A DNA stretch of 63,387 bases, counting the filler, from Rhabdomonas costata (Eukaryota), in assembly GCA_019059605.1 (NCBI GenBank). It is 46 parts of 46 records of this genome, joined end to end, with 100 filler letters (N's around TTAATTAATTAA, not from the genome) between each part and the next. Parts side by side here need not be neighbours in the genome. Positions count along the whole stretch, not along the records: positions 60,728 to 62,008 come from JAHMHO010020867.1; positions 62,109 to 63,387 come from JAHMHO010020868.1; 44 more parts are not named here. One strand, written 5' to 3'. The notes under the pieces were generated by a model. The model was not told where the DNA came from. It was given only the letters and a program-made list of their open reading frames with translations, and searched no databases. Position numbers and translations under genes: made by a program. Numbering within the stretch: the first letter of the stretch is position 1; every line of letters starts with the position of its first letter. Of this stretch, positions 61,721 to 63,387 are shown one piece after another.

Positions 61721-63387
61721 TCACCGAGAAAGGAGGATGAGGAGGAGCACAGGGGGTTGGGTAGCGGGTCGGTTGGAGGTGGAGACTGAGGGCTGAGGGT
61801 TGGTTTTGAGAGGTCAAACTGGGGAGGGAGATGAGATGGGCGCCTGTCTCCCGAGGTGAGGGTGAGCCCCACACTGTCCACGACGGAGCGTGTTGTTGTG
61901 TAGAGCTGGGGAGAGTGTTACAAGTATTGTACGGTAATTGTATCAGTAAGGACGGACTACCTGGTGTAGACGAGGCTCTGGGCTTAATTCGGACGGAGTC
62001 ATCTTCCTNNNNNNNNNNNNNNNNNNNNNNNNNNNNNNNNNNNNNNNNNNNNTTAATTAATTAANNNNNNNNNNNNNNNNNNNNNNNNNNNNNNNNNNNN
62101 NNNNNNNNTGACCGTCCTTGGCAGTGGTCCTTACGGCGAACCCTTGATCCCTGCCCGCTCTTGTGGCGCTGCCTCCCCGTCGCTTGCAGTCCGCAGAGTG
62201 CTTGGAAACGGGTAGCCCGCAGAGGCGCTCCTTTTTTCTGATATTAGTTCGTCCGAATTCGAGCAAGAAGCACAGAGGGAAGTGGACAGCATGTAAGAAA
62301 GGTAGCAACCGAAAAAAAAAAGGGAAAGGCTTGCCTTTTTTGTGTGGTTGTTGTGGACATTGCATATTTGTAATTGCTGCTGCTTGTTGTGTTGCCTTTC
62401 GCAGCGAAAGATCTTTCTGTCTTTTTTTTCTTTTCTGTTCGACGCGAAATGGAGCCTCGGAGGTCTTCTGTGGTGAGGCTTTCCTCAATACGGTCTCCGG
62501 AAGTTCGCAGTAACATGAAATGGTCGGCAGGGGAAGGAGAGGTAAGTTCCTGCCAACCGGTTTCTCTCCGTGTTCCTGCTTTTTTTCGCTACTGTTTTTC
62601 ATCCCTGACACCTGACATGGCGCTTGAAATTCCAGAATATTCCCAACGGAGCACTCTGTGTTCACATCGTATAGTTTTTGAATTTGGAACTATTTGCTGT
62701 TGTTTTCTTGAATGGGCCGGGCTGAGTGTAATCATTTTTTCGGTTTGTTTCACTGTTGATGTTCCCTTTTGTTCTTTTTTCTCGAAAAGAAAAAGATGTG
62801 TCGAGGTTTAAACCCTGCTCTGGGATACACTTGAAAGCCCCCTCAATCCTCCCCGTCCAGCGTCACCGAATAGGCGCGCACTTTCGTAAGTTAGTGCCCT
62901 TTTGTTGGGGGCTCTGAAGCAAACAAGCGCACGAGTCCCCACTTTCGACTCCCCACACCTTGCGCCTTACATCGCTGCGTATTTAATTGCTTTTTTGTTG
63001 CCGCATGATGTGGCGCCTGTGTAACCTGCCCCTTGTGTGTCCCTTGTGGTGTTCCGAACGTTGCGGATTGTTTGATAGCTATCGATGGCTTTCCACTCTG
63101 CAAACTCTGAAGTGGATGTTGTCCTGTCAAGAGAAACACATTGATCTCCTCTTTCGTTCTGCGCGACACTGAACGTGAGCATATCTGCGCACGAAAATGC
63201 CGCCCTATAGTCTCTTGGCAACCAATGCGAGCAGGAGACCTGTCTGGTTTGGTTGGCAATGCTGCCGCCGCTTCAAGGTTGAACGCAAGCACGCACCTGG
63301 GAACTGGGTGAAGTAGTGTGACTTGGGCTTCCCTTTGTGGGCTTTCTCTTGGTTTCTCTCTCTCTCTCTCTCAAAATCACCACAAAA

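Noticed and set aside
1281-62108. Regularly spaced TTAATTAATTAA as a CRISPR-like or biological repeat
   Set aside because: It is always embedded in 44+44 Ns, so it is a synthetic six-frame-stop linker. Gene neighbourhoods across it are meaningless.
1381-62120. G/T-rich contig starts and C/A-rich contig ends as telomere-like or nanochromosome ends
   Set aside because: There is no fixed repeat unit; low-quality read tails or breaks at simple repeats explain it better.
1-63387. rRNA, tRNA, snRNA or spliced-leader genes
   Set aside because: None was recognised by eye; an Infernal or tRNAscan run would be needed to exclude them.

Overview
This window is not one locus. It is 46 unrelated contigs of about 1.28 kb joined by an artificial 100-nt spacer (N44-TTAATTAATTAA-N44), so nothing can be inferred across spacers. 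The DNA is eukaryotic and intron-rich, with short exons and GT-AG plus some GC-AG introns. It is probably euglenozoan and euglenid-like: a PDE fragment resembles kinetoplastid PDEB but carries many spliceosomal introns (inference). Recognisable gene fragments are PDE, hemerythrin, RRM, IRE1-like kinase, Tubby, TOR, HADH, a HECTD1-type domain, ORC5-like, eIF4A, a CNG/EAG-type channel, a CMGC kinase, GH88, an ADP-ribosyltransferase, a radical-SAM-like C-terminus and a bacterial-like beta domain. Mobile DNA includes two Ty3/gypsy gag remnants, a CRE-like RT, APE remnants and a decayed PIF1-helicase/GIY-YIG nuclease fusion. The most notable signals are (1) five long, sequence-unrelated near-perfect inverted repeats with 29-81 bp stems, (2) the PIF1-GIY-YIG fusion element, and (3) several bacterial-like domains flanked by spliceosomal introns. 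Family calls come from motif recognition by eye; no database search was run.
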